Below, piece by piece: positions 1 to 11,854 of a DNA stretch of 64,000 bases. The stretch lies in NCBI GenBank assembly GCA_943704425.1, contig CALSCP010001313.1, positions 1-64,000 on the forward strand, written 5' to 3'. The notes beneath the pieces are model-generated. The model was not told the origin of the DNA. It worked only from the letters and a program-made list of their open reading frames with translations, and made no database searches. Source of the DNA: Ministeria vibrans ATCC 50519 (taxonomy: Eukaryota > Protista > Filasterea). Numbering within the stretch: the first letter of the stretch is position 1; every line of letters begins with the position of its first letter. A program made the position numbers and the translations under genes.

Positions 1-138
1 GAAACAAAGTGATAGAGAAAGAAAGAAACAAAGTGATAGAGAAAGAAAGAAACAAAGTGATAGAGAAAGAAAGAAACAAAGTGATAGAGAAAGAAAGAAA
101 CAAAGTGATAGAGAAAGAAAGAAACAAAGTGATAGAGA
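1..138. repeat. Tandem ~24-bp minisatellite (GAAACAAAGTGATAGAGAAAGAAA)n inside an IDH intron
   Basis: About 6 near-perfect copies at the window start, downstream of the IDH donor site at 205. Confidence 0.95.
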
Positions 139-205
139 AAAAAAAAAAAAAACGAGCGCGCGTGAGTGCATGTGAGTGCGCGTGAGTGCACATGGGTGTG
201 TTTAC

Positions 206-1328
206 CTGCATGCAAGAGTGCGCAAAGGCGCGAATGCTCTCGTCCGTGTTGTACATACCCATGCCAACACCGCCGCCGGGGAAATCAAACACAGTGCGCG
301 TCTCGGGTTTGCCGTTCTTGGGTGTGAATACAATGTCAAAGCGACCGGGCTCCGTCACAACAAAGTCCGTCGCCTTGTACTGTGCGTCGAAGAAGTACAT
401 ACATCAGTCGTCGTGCGGTTGCATCCTTCTCGGTTGCTTACCTGATCGCCAAAGGCATGACGACCCACCACAATGGGCTTGGTCCAGCCAGGAACCAGAC
501 GTGGGATGTTATCGCAGATGATGGGCTCGCGGAAGACTGTGCCGCCCAGAATGTTACGGATGGTGCCATTGGGGCTTTTCCACATCTCCTTCAACTTAAA
601 CTCTGCAGAGAAGCAAAACAAAGGCGTCAGCAGGAACTGGGTGTGGTGGAGCGGTGGCAGGCGGACCTTCAACACGCGCCTCGTCGGGCGTGATGGTCGC
701 ACACTTGATGCCGACGTTGTGCTCGAGAATGGCGTGCGCCGAGTCGATCGTGACCTGGTCGTTCGTCGCATCACGGTGCTCAATGCCCAGATCGTAGTAG
801 CGGCAGTCGACATCAAGATAAGGGAAAATGAGCTAAAAACGAGTCGAACCAAACAAAGTCCAATAAAAAAGTTGTCCCACGTCAACACGAACGAAACAAT
901 CCGTTGGGCGCGACCGTCTGCGCACGATCGGCCAGCATGGTCTTTCACAAGGGCGTTACAGACAGCAGATAAGTCACGGACAAGGCAACATCGAGCAAAC
1001 GACACGAATGACTTTTTTTTTTTTTTGGCTTGTTTGACAGTAGAGTCAAGAGAGAAGAAAAAACAAACCCGATCAGCGCAGTATCAGCACTGCGTAGCGT
1101 TGCGTAGTCTCCAAAAGCGTCTCTAGGCATCACCACGACGGCGCGGCCACGTCGAGCTGCGCTCCAACGCAGAATTTGATGCGATGTACCTTTTCCTTGA
1201 TCATCGCCCAAATAATGCGCGTCATCTCGTCGCCATCGAGCTCCACCACAGGCTTGTCAACCTTGATACGGCTGTGCACTGTCGCAAAGAAGCGCGAGAA
1301 GTTGATGAGATGATTTGTAAGTTCAAAG

Positions 1329-1364
<36 letters not shown>

Positions 1365-1448
1365 TAGTCTACTTGCTGCGGCCGGAGCAGCCAGACGCGA
1401 GGCGGCAACAGAAGTGAGGCTACGGATTTTTCCCAATGAAGAAAGCAT
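206..1448 (-). CDS. IDH2: NADP-dependent isocitrate dehydrogenase, mitochondrial type, 5' half (5 exons)
   Basis: Spliced: [25 protein letters not shown] (presequence-like), then [71 protein letters not shown]|[24 protein letters not shown]|gt. Confidence 0.95.
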
Positions 1449-1571
1449 ATTTTCAAATTTCAAAAGAAAAAAAAAAAAGATCGACCATAGAAGTTAAAGA
1501 AAATGAAAACAGAAGTGGTGCAATTGTATTTGAGAGGGTGTGTGGGTGTGGGTGCGTGTGTGGGGGGTGGG

Positions 1572-4500
1572 TCACCAGTTGGTAAACTGCGTAATGTCAA
1601 CATTCCATCCGCTGGCAGCGTCACTGGCTGCTGCGGGAGACGCTTTCGATGCGGTTGGCTTGGGCGGTGGAGCCCCTCGACTTGACGACGGTTTGTTGGA
1701 AGCGTCAGGTTTGGAAGGGGGCTTCTTTGGCGCCGCCTTGGACGACGATGATACTGAAGGGGTTGCCTTCGGCGTACTACTGCTCGCGGGCTTGCTTGGT
1801 CTCGAAACGGGCGCTTCGCTGCTCGACGATTTGGGCGCGGTACTCACGGGTTTCTTGGAGGGACGGGTTGGCGCGGCCGCCGGTGCCTCTGGACGATGTT
1901 TGGCGCTGGGAGCGGCAGCGCGGCGTTGCTCGAGTGTCATTTTCTCCGGGGCGGGATGGACAGGAATGATGCGGGTCTCGGGGCGTGGAGGAGCGCGCGA
2001 GAGAGCCGTCGGAGCGGAAGGAACGGCGGGGGGGGCAGCCCGACTGGCATTGGCTGTGGTGCCGGGTCGTGGGGCCGGGCGAGGCGTGGATGCCACAGTG
2101 GGTGAAGGGGTGGTTGCCACAACTTCCGAGTAGGAACGACGCTTCTTCATCTGCTCCTTACTCTGCTTCTTGGCGGGTCGTGTTGGTACAGTCGCACTGG
2201 AACTGGCAGCCGCAGTCGTACTGGAGTCGGGCGCAATGCCCATTTGAGCCCACTGCGAGGCGAGTTTGGAGGCCATGTCGTCCTCGGCGGGCGTAGGGGT
2301 GGGCGTGGGCTTGGGCTTCGGAGCAGGGCGTGGTGAATTGGCTGTGGGTACTGCTGCATCGGCGAGCATGACGCTATCAGTTCGCGGCGTGAGCGTGGGC
2401 TTGGGCCGAGATGCTGGTCGCTTGGCTGGGCGTTTGGCCACAGGTGCGCTTTGCTCTTCTGGCACAGCAGCCACTGGCTCGGGCATAGTCGGCGCCGCAG
2501 TGGCCATGGTCAACTGGATCCACTGCCCTGCGCCATCGTAGTAACCCGTAGACCCGTCCTCTGCCGTCTGGATCCAGTTCCCCATCTCGTCGTAGTAGCC
2601 TGTCTACAAAGCAAAAAAAGGACAATGAATAATAAAAAAAACATCGTCTCTCCCAAAAGCTCTTATACCATAAGTGCTTCAGCGTTCGCGGCGGGGTTGG
2701 CTGCGGCGGCCGATTGCTCTTCCATCCACTTCTGATACGCCTCCTCAGGTGACAGAGTGGGTTCAGCAACAGCAGCAGCAGCAACAGCAGCAGCAGCTGG
2801 AGTGGGCGCAGTGGGCGCACGACCACGCGACGTCGCTGTTCCTGCATCGCCATTGGAGTGTGACGACGGAGCCGTGGGCGCTCGTCTTCTACCGCTCTCG
2901 GCGCCTGTGCCTGCACTGGGCGCCTGAGGGGCTTCGCGTCGTTTCTTTTCAGGTGCAACAGCGGGACGTTCGGGCCCCACCTCACTCTCGACGGTGATGA
3001 TGGCCTCCATGGCCACGCGCTTGAGGTAGGTGGACGGCGCCCAGCCAATTTTGTTGCGGATACGCACAAGCCACCAGCCATTGGCGTGCTTCTCCAGCAC
3101 TTCCACCTCCTGGCCCTTGCCAAAAGTGATTTCGTCCTCGCGAACCCCCGTGTACTCGGCCGTCGTCATGTACTTCTCGTCCTGGTACATGCTCGGCTGC
3201 GTTGGATCCCACACACGCCCCTGTCCATGCTCTCCACCGTCGTCCCCCTCCACATTCAGCCGCACCATCCCGTCCATCAGAGGCGGTGCGCTCTCGGCAA
3301 TCTTCTTGAGAAACGTCGCAGGAGCCCAGCCCTTCTCTTCGCCCACCACAACAAACCACCAGCCATTGGGATCCTTCTCAATCACCTCCACCTCGTCGCC
3401 CTTTTCCAGCGACAGCTCTGTTTTGTTTTGTCGCTTGTAGTCTGCCACTGCCTCGTACTGCTCCAGTGCCATTGGCCCGGATACATGCATCTCCCGCCCA
3501 AACTCCTCCTCGTCGTCGTCCACCAGCGCCTGAACAAAGAAAAATGAGAATGAGAAGGGTTATTCGTATTTCTTCATTCCGTTTTTTGTTTCCTATTGTG
3601 AACACACACCTTTTTCACTTTGGTGACGACGCCCGAGACAGTCTCTGTGACTGACTTGGCCTCAGGCTTGCGCAGGTACTCTTCTTCTGACAGAGGATTC
3701 AGGTCCTCATCCGTCGACTCGAAAAAGGAGTGTACAAAATCGGATTGGGACACCTACACACAGAGAGAGGAGGAATAACAGGTAGTGAGAAGGGAGAACA
3801 AAGAGAGAGAGAAAGGAGGTCGAAAGAAATAAAGTGGTAGAGGGAGGGGAGAAAGAAAACAGTTACAGAGAGAGAAGGAGGAACACATACGGAGATAGAT
3901 AAATTGATAGAGTTTGAGAGAAAGAGAGAAAGAGTTTGAGAGAGTTTGAGAGAGAGAGAAAGAGTTTGAGAGAGAGAGAAAGAGTTTGAGAGAGAGAGAG
4001 ACAGAGAGAAAGAGTTTGAGAGAGAGAGAGAAAGAGTTTGAGAGAGAGAAAGAGTTTGTGTGTGTGCGAGAGAGAGAAGTGATAGAGAGACAAAATGATA
4101 GTGATAAAGTGATAGAGACAAAGTGATGGTGACAAAGTGATAATAACAAAGAGAGAGAAAGAGAACAAAACGAGAATGAATAATAATATTATTTTTGGGT
4201 ACGCTTTGGGGTAAGGCAAAGAGTGCGTCCAGATAGTAGGCGATTCCTTCAATTCGCGCTTCCGCCACCTTGCGCACATGCGAGCGACCAATAAGTTTCT
4301 TTCCCGGCAAGAAGGGAATCGACCGGCGACCGCCATCCGCCCCAGCTTCGACCGGGAACTTGTTGAGCAGCCCAACCTGCACATTGTGCGTATTGCGCAG
4401 CCCAGAGAGCAATAATCAAGTATTAGTCCGTTTCAAGTGAGTGAACAGTCGCATTCTCTTCGAGTGGTATCAACCAGGAGTCGGTGACGCAAGGAAAAAA

Positions 4501-4778
4501 TCCCCAGAATCAAACCGATAAAAGAGAAAGAAAAAAGAAAAAAAAGAAAAAAAAGTTGACTAACCTGAAATTCGAAAAAGGCACTATATCTGCGATACAC
4601 TTGAGCAATGGTGCCGTCGGACCAGTCCACCTCTAGTACATACGTCTATGGGGCGAGAAGAATCAGAAGAGCGAGTGGAAAGGGTGCAAACAGGGCAGTT
4701 CACACGTACGTAGTGCTTCTTGGGCACACGGCGCTTTTGAATGTCTCGCAGGAACACCTGACGAATAAATCGTCCCAT
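1572..4778 (-). CDS. PX + 2xSH3 scaffold, Tks4/5 (SH3PXD2)/p47phox family, long Pro/Ser-rich tail
   Basis: PX: DIQKRRVPKKHY..VYRRYSAFFEFQ..FPVEAG..IPFLPGK..RSH; SH3s: PMALEQYEAVADY..GWWFV..GWAPATFL and EKYMTTAEY..GWWLV..GWAPSTYL. Confidence 0.9.
3790..4170. repeat. Intronic compound repeat: (AAAGAGTTTGAGAG(AG)n) units plus ACAAAGTGATA motifs
   Basis: Direct inspection; lies in an intron of the PX-SH3 gene. Confidence 0.9.
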
Positions 4779-4909
4779 GACGGACGGAGAAGCCGGGGAG
4801 ACGGATGGAAAATAAAAATGAACAAAATCTGATGGAGAAGTGAGAACACATCACAGATCACTCCACAATTATTTACAAGTAAGTAATAAGCAGTCACAAA
4901 GAACTTTTT

Positions 4910-5957
4910 ATGTCTACTCTGCGTCCCTCCGTTGTTGTGCATGGTGGCGCATGGGACATTCCTGATGAAGCAGTCGACGACCATTTGAATGGAGGTAGCG
5001 AACTTTGGCATTCCATTTGAACGATGTTCCCTCTCACTGCCCCACTGTCACCCCCAGTGAAAATTGCGTGTGATCGAGCTTGGGAGATTGTTTCGGCAGG
5101 AGGCACTGCATTGGATGCGGTGGAGGCAGCAGTAAGACTCTTGGAAGGTACGACAAGAACCCAAAATCATTGTGTTTGACTGACAACAATGTAACGTGCA
5201 GACGATCCCACCTTTGATGCGGGGCGTGGGTCGTTTCTGACGAGTGCACAGGAGGTTGAAATGGATGCTGTCATTGCGACGGACGCGTGGCGTGTGGGCA
5301 GCGTGTGTGGTTTGCAGAATATCGCGAATCCCATCTCAGTGGCTCGTCGCGTCATGGAGAATACCAAAGAAGTGGTGCTGGTGGGCGCGGGAGCGAAGAG
5401 CTTTGCCCTTTCCGAGGGCTTTGTCGAAGTCCCGACCGCCGAGCTGCTGGTGGGTCGGGAACTGGAGCGATTCCTTGCTATTGAGGGTCGTGCGTCGTCC
5501 TTTGATGCGAAAGGGGCCTTTGGAAAGTACGAGAAGGTGAAGACGCCTGGAATGGGCACTGTCGGCTGTGTGGCACGCGACCAGCATGGCCAAGTGGCTG
5601 TGGCCGTTTCGACGGGAGGAACGCCCTTCAAGCGACCCGGGCGTGTGGGCGACACACCACTGTGGGGAGCTGGGGGTTACGCGGATGCCGGGAGTGGCGC
5701 AGCGGCGACAGGCTATGGCGAAGATTTGCTCAAGATGCACGCGACCAAGACAGCTGTGGATGCAAATGTGCATTTGGGAATGGGTGCGCAGGCGGCCGTA
5801 GAGCATGCAATAGCGCTGCTGGATCGGCGTCTGTCGGGTCTAGGGGGACTGATCATGTTGGGACGCGACGGAGACTTAGGGATGGCCTTCAACACGCCGC
5901 GCATGGCTCGTGCGGTACGACCCACCACTGTCGTGTCCTCTGTCTTTTTGACATGTT

Positions 5958-6003
<46 letters not shown>

Positions 6004-6060
6004 ACGTTGCAGTGGAGGACCAACGATGAGGGTGAGTCGAGTGCGCGTATTGAAAAGTAA
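4910..6060 (+). CDS. ASRGL1: Isoaspartyl peptidase / L-asparaginase (Ntn hydrolase)
   Basis: VVVHGGAWDIPD, ALDAVEAAV, DDPTFDAG, nucleophile motif GTVGCVARD, STGG, GRVGDTPLWGAGGYAD, TGYGE; last exon follows a (TTG)n intron. Confidence 0.9.
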
Positions 6061-6101
6061 ATATTGTTGTTTTGTACAAAGGAGATGTTTGTTTCATTTA
6101 A

Positions 6102-8826
6102 TTAGACGAGTGAGAAAGAGGGCTTGATGTTCATGACAATGCCTCCGTCGTCGTAATCTTCGTCTTCTTCTGAGTCAGAACTACCAGCCATGAACGTGAC
6201 TGGGGTACGGTGGGAGGTTGAGACAGGAGGGGAAGTGGGATCGGTGATTGTGGGGCTGATGAGGGCTACGTTGGATGCAGATGCGGATACTGGTGCGGAT
6301 ACTGGCGCGGATACAGGTGCGGATACAGGTGCGGGTGCAGATGCAGAGGGTGCAGGTGCAGAGGATGCAGGCACATCGGTGGCGCTGACCACAATACACG
6401 TAACCTGTTCCGACGAGTGCAGTCCTGACGCGTCTGTGGCGTCTGTCGTAGCAGTCGTAACTGTTGTCGTAGTGACTGTTCGTGTGTCGGGAGTTGCGCC
6501 CGCATTGCTCGCCACGCCACCAACCCCAGACCCTACGCCTGCTGCATCTGCTGCTGTTGTTGTAGCTGTCACTGTCGTGGTGGTGGACGCAAGGGGTGCA
6601 CGAGGGGTGGCAGAGATGCGTGTCGCCATGGTTGAGTTGCGACGCATTGAGCTCATGCTGACGACGCTGCCAGAGCGCGTAAAGCGGTCTTTGATTGTAC
6701 GGAAGTTCTCCGTCAGTTTCTGCGTAAGGGATCGTGATGAGGCAGAGGGACGTACTATAATAAGCGAATAATAAAAACAAGAACGAAAAAAGAGGAGGGT
6801 GAGCAGAGAAAGAGCGCGCAATGGGTTTGTAAGGAAACCAAAAGAACGTACAGTGGTCCGCTTTGAGTTTGTTTGCGAGCAGACACTGTTTGAGGCAATG
6901 TACATCGGAGGGCGCAAACGAGTTGCCTGTACACTCAAACGTCGTCAAGTGTGTGTTGCGCAGCATAGCCAGTGCTACTGCATTTCCTGTCTTTCGGCTC
7001 AACTAAAACCGAGCGATTTGAGTCAGTTGAAATGTAGATCTTTAAAACTCTTTTCGTTTCTCCCTCCCGTTTTGTCTATTCGTCTCTTAGATATTAACTA
7101 TCTCTATATATCACGTTCTTTCTTCCTCCCTCATTTCCCTCCCTCTCTTCACTTGTCTCTTCCTCCCAAATTTCCCTCTCTCACTATCAATTTGTTTCTT
7201 CTTCCCTCATTTCCCTCTCTCACTATCACTTTGTTTCTTCTTCCCTCATCTTTCTCTCTCTCTCTCTCTATCACTTTGTTTCTTCTTCCCTCATCTTTTT
7301 CTCTCTCTTTCTCTATCACTTTGTTTCTTCTTCCCTCATCTTTTTCTCTCTCTCTCTATCACTTTGTATCTTTCAACCTCTTTTTTCTCTCTTGCGCTTA
7401 CTTGGTTCCCACTGACGTTAAGAGACAAGAGGGCAGTGTCGCCGGAGACAAGGTCAAGCAGGGCAGGGGCAGTGCTGTCGGTAAGGACGCAGTAGGCGAG
7501 GTTGACGGCGACCAGACTGCGGCTTTTGGCGATGGCCTGCAGGATGAGCGCACCCGTGTGCCCAATGAGGTTGTAGCGAAAGTCGACGTGCAACAGCGAA
7601 GTGCTGTCCTCGATAGCGACTGCAAGTGCCCGTGCGCCTAACAGCCCCGCCGAATTCATGCCAATGTCAATGTGTGTGAGAGACGGGTGGCGCGCAACGA
7701 CGCGCAGCAGTGTCACGACGCCCTGGTGGCCCGCACAGTGGTTCAGGTTGAGCCGCCGGATCGCCGCGTTGGTCGCCAGGCCCTGTGCAATCACCCGGAA
7801 CCCCCCGTCGCGGCCCAGAGGGTTCTTGGCCAAGTTAAGCGTGTGCAGGGTGCGGTTGTGACGCAGGACGTCGGCCACAAGGGAGCAGTACGACTTGCCC
7901 ATCTGCGCATGATTGAACGTGAAGCGCGTCAGAGTCGTGTTGCTTGCGAGCGCACGCAGCACCGCCACCACGCCCGCGTGTTGCTTAGTATTCTCGCCTA
8001 AACGCGCTGTTGGGCCAATGGGCGTGCGAGCCATGCTCACGTCGAGGTAGCGCAGCGGCAGCGACGGGTTCTTCAGCAGAAGGTCTGCGACTTGACGGTA
8101 TACACCTTCGCTGTGAGCGTGGACCCAGATGGAGCTGAGGTTGACGCGCGTGAGCGACTCGGATGACACGACTATGTCAAGAATAAGCATGGCTGAGCGC
8201 ATCATGAGCTCGCCCGTCTCGAGCAGTGTTTGCCCAATCACTCGGTTGTCGCTTAGGTCCAGCTGGGACAAATCCAATTTTTTGCTCATTGTCTCCTTGA
8301 GGTGTCGCAGCGCCGCATGCACCGACGGAGGATTGAGACATTGGAGGGAGCCGTGTAAGGCAAGGCCAGTCACGGGCGGCGAACGTTCGCACAGAATTTG
8401 TAGACAAGAGTCAAAGTGAGCCGTTTTGCGAAACTTGACACATCGAAATGAAACGTGAGTCTACACAGAAACAACAGGCTCAGCAGGGATGGCGTGCTAG
8501 GAAGAAAGAACGTACGGTACAGAGGGTGTCGCGACAGAGGGCGCCGTCGTAACGACAGGCGTCGAGCCAACGATAGACAAAAGGACTCGGCTTGAGATGG
8601 TTCTGCAGAATCAAGTTCAGTACGCACAATTGATCATGTCGTTGCCTGAAAAGAACACATACTTCTTCACAGCGAGCATCATAGGCATTGAGCCACCACG
8701 CGAGCCATTCAAGTTCTTCGGCAGTCGGTGGAGTGAGCGAGAGCTGTACACGTTTTTGTAACATGTTAGGTTTCAAGCAGAAAACAAGAGACGGGCGCTT
8801 ACCGTTCGCGAGTAGTTAGCGCCCAT
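6102..8826 (-). CDS. RNI-like leucine-rich repeat protein with predicted N-myristoylation (MGANYSRT) and Thr/Ala-rich tail
   Basis: Repeats such as LRHNRTLHTLNLAKNPLG, SLLHVDFRYNLIG, ALLSLNVSGNQ; GT-AG splices join the exons in frame. Confidence 0.8.
7130..7395. repeat. Intronic minisatellite (CTATCACTTTGTTTCTTCTTCCCTCAT(CT)n)
   Basis: About 5 copies of the window-wide TATCACTTTGTT family. Confidence 0.9.
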
Positions 8827-9061
8827 ATTTCATGAACTACAAGCCGATTTAGCCGAACGAGACCAATTAACAAATATAACGGTGAAAAAAAAAAATGACG
8901 GGACGAGTCATGACTCATGACACCATATCACAACTCTAATCTAACAACACGAATCATACATTTCATATCAGACATAAGTCCGAAGTCCGGAAGTCGTAAT
9001 AGTTTATTAATTATTTTCTTATTGCTTTTTTCTCTTGTGACACCCCCTTCACTTGACGACG

Positions 9062-10574
9062 ATGCGCGGCCAGCAATCGTCGATTGCCATTGTGTGTGCA
9101 ATGTTTTTCGTTGTGTACCTGTTGTATTCCCAACCGCACTCCTCCGCACCAATCTCGCACACCGCTGATCTGGTAAACTACGGGTCCTAATACTCCCACG
9201 CAGACACACGCATGCACACACCGTCCATCATCCTTTTGGTCGCCTCCTTCCTCCCTTCGCGCTCCTTCGTCTGATTCTTTTTTCTTGTGTGTGTGTGTGT
9301 GTGTGTGTGCAGCCAAGAGAAGCACCGGCTGCTGTTGTAGCAGCACCGCCGCCACCCGTCGCAATACCCGTTGTCCAACCACTGCCAGTGGCTGCAGCAC
9401 CTCCGGCGGCGGCAGTCGCAGCACCGGCCGGCAAGCCGGAGGAGGCGTCGTCAACAGAGCCGTCGCATTTTGTGGGCGAAACGGAAACAACGCGAGCACG
9501 TATTGCGCCCAATGCGCTGAATGGGTATCGGGGCGAGCAGAGCCAGAACCGCTGGAAAGTGATGCAGCCGGTGATGGAGAAGGAGCGAGGCGCGGGAACC
9601 ATCATTGACTATGGCGCGGCATTTGGGTTCTTCTCGATGCTTGCGGCCGACCTCAACCGCGTGACGACGCCCTGGGTGTTGAGCGTCGACGATCAGCGAC
9701 AGAACCGCGGTCTTGAGTATCACAGCTCTAAGATTGCTGAGTACGAACTGCAACACTGCCTGCTGTGCAATTGCCAGTTCTCCATCCAGCTCATCGACGA
9801 GTTTGTACGTCGCGGCGTCATGTTTCACATCCAATTTGTCCTGTCCATCTTTCACTGGCTCCCCATCCGTGACGAGGTAAGCACCAATCATTTTTATCAA
9901 AGAGAGAGATGAAACAAGGAGACTGAACGGGACTGGGTGTAGAATCATCACAAGGAGGTGCTGGGTAAGCTGCTGTCGCTGTCGCCCGTCTCGTTCATCG
10001 AACTGCCACACCGCCTGGAAGGGCCCGGTGACCAGCGCATCTGGTACGGCAGCCGCAGAGAGCCCGAGGAGGCGATTCGGGATGCGCTGGCGGTGCACGG
10101 GGACACAGGTACAGTAGAATTCCTGGGCCAGACCATGGCCAGCTACGAGGGAGGCAAGTGCCAGCGCGACGAAATGCGCGGCAAGGTCTGCTATCGAAAG
10201 ACTTTTGTCGTGCGCAACGCATCCGCACGCGCTCGCTACGACACGCAAGCTAAAGGTACACCAGAGAGAGAGAAAGGAGGGAGAAACAAAGTGACAGGAG
10301 AGAGAGAGAGAGAGAGAGGAGAAAGAAACAAAGCGATAGAGAGAGAGAGAAAGGAGGGAGAATGAAACAAAGTGATAGAGAGAGGAGGGAGAAGATGACA
10401 GATAGATAGAGGGAGGAGGAAGGGAAAACAGTATTGCAACGGACCAGCCCACACTTGCTTTCTCGCTCATTCTCTTTTTCTCTTGTAGGAAAGGAAGCTG
10501 AGATGGCCAAGAAGGCGATTGATGTGCTCAAGTGCACTGGATCCAACCTCTTCTATGGACTCCTTCCCACCTGA
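9062..10574 (+). CDS. Type II membrane class I SAM-dependent methyltransferase (4 exons)
   Basis: N-terminal TM IAIVCAMFFVVYLLY, Pro/Ala stem, motif I IIDYGAAFGFFS, VLSVDD, FVLSIFHW, SFIELP. Confidence 0.75.
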
Positions 10575-10798
10575 ATGCGTTCTTACTCTCCTTTTGTCAT
10601 ACTATTTCTTGCACGCACGCACACACACACCCACCCACACATACAGACATCTGAGTGTGCTCTCCCTCTCTTTCTATCACTTTGTTTCTTTCCCTCTCCT
10701 CTCCCTCTCTCTCGTTCTTTCTTTTTCAGTCCTGCCTCAATTGTGACACTATTGATACAGTCTAATTTTAATTTTTGATACAGTCAGCCTCAGCTGAG

Positions 10799-11767
10799 TT
10801 ACGTTGCATGGCGTGGGATGAGTGCCTCGAGATCACTGCGGTCGGGCACAGTGCCGTGCTGCGCCGAGTTCACCAGCGCCTGTACTTGCTGAGCATACTC
10901 ATCAGGCGCCTTCCACAGGATCGCCTTGAGGTTTTGTCCGTAGTAGTACGTGTTGAACTCTTCGCGGTAGTTTGCGTCGGGACGGTAGTACGGCTTGCCG
11001 CGATGGTTGGCGGGGTCACCACACTTGCCTGCCTTCGATCCCATGTCCGCCAAATCGTCTACATCGCTAATCATCCACGAGCCGTCATCGCGAATTGCAT
11101 AGTTTTTCGCATAGCCATCGCACAGAATGAGCTTATTGCTATTGAGAAACAAAAGTGCGTCGAGTAACAGTAGCGCCGTTTGCACCTGTGCCGGCCAGGG
11201 ATCCGGCATGCTATCCATCCAGGCGTTGTACTGGTCGGCGTGCAGTGGTCGCGTCGTTTCCAGCAGTGTTGCAAAGAGCCCTTCGCCTTCCATGCAGGAT
11301 CCAACAAAGGTATACACTCGCTTTGTCCATGCGTATTTTTGCAGTGCCTCGATCGAATGGCGAAAGAACGTCTCCTTGTAGCGTGCCTGCTTCGGGCGAG
11401 ACAAAGCAACGAGATGACCACCTGCCATTCCCACGGTGATCTTCTTCACGGACTGGCCGCCAAGATCGTACCAATCCTGAGCCTGATCGAGTTCAGCGCA
11501 ACCCAGCATTGTCTGTATTGCCAGAGGGGCCACTGCCGGTGGCTCTGGAGGGAAAAAAGAAGACGTCACGTCTGATACCGACGGTACAGGTGGTCCAGGC
11601 AATGGAGATGGAGGAGGAGGAGGAGGAGGAGGTGGAGGTGGAGGTGGAGGTGGCGATACACGTGCTGGCGGGCACACTTCACACTTGAATGAAGTCGTGT
11701 ACCACACGTTGGCAAAGGTCACCACCAGGGCGAACACAACAAAGAGTAAACCGGGTCGTCGAGACAT
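10799..11767 (-). CDS. Type II membrane atypical kinase, POMK/PKDCC-like; intronless
   Basis: TM LLFVVFALVVTFANVWY, polyPro stem, LGCAEL, GQSVKK, VALS in place of VAIK, VGSC, ILCD, SDVDDL. Confidence 0.75.
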   Translation of the reverse strand: MSRRPGLLFVVFALVVTFANVWYTTSFKCEVCPPARVSPPPPPPPPPPPPPPPSPLPGPPVPSVSDVTSSFFPPEPPAVAPLAIQTMLGCAELDQAQDWYDLGGQSVKKITVGMAGGHLVALSRPKQARYKETFFRHSIEALQKYAWTKRVYTFVGSCMEGEGLFATLLETTRPLHADQYNAWMDSMPDPWPAQVQTALLLLDALLFLNSNKLILCDGYAKNYAIRDDGSWMISDVDDLADMGSKAGKCGDPANHRGKPYYRPDANYREEFNTYYYGQNLKAILWKAPDEYAQQVQALVNSAQHGTVPDRSDLEALIPRHAT

Positions 11768-11854
11768 GCAAAAAAGATATGATTAAAAAATGATCGAATC
11801 ATCGAAAAATTCAAAATAATTATATTTTCAAAAAATATTCAGTCCGACATGCTC

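Noticed and set aside
1-138. Window-start repeat as a telomere
   Set aside because: It lies inside an IDH intron and the same family occurs in many internal introns
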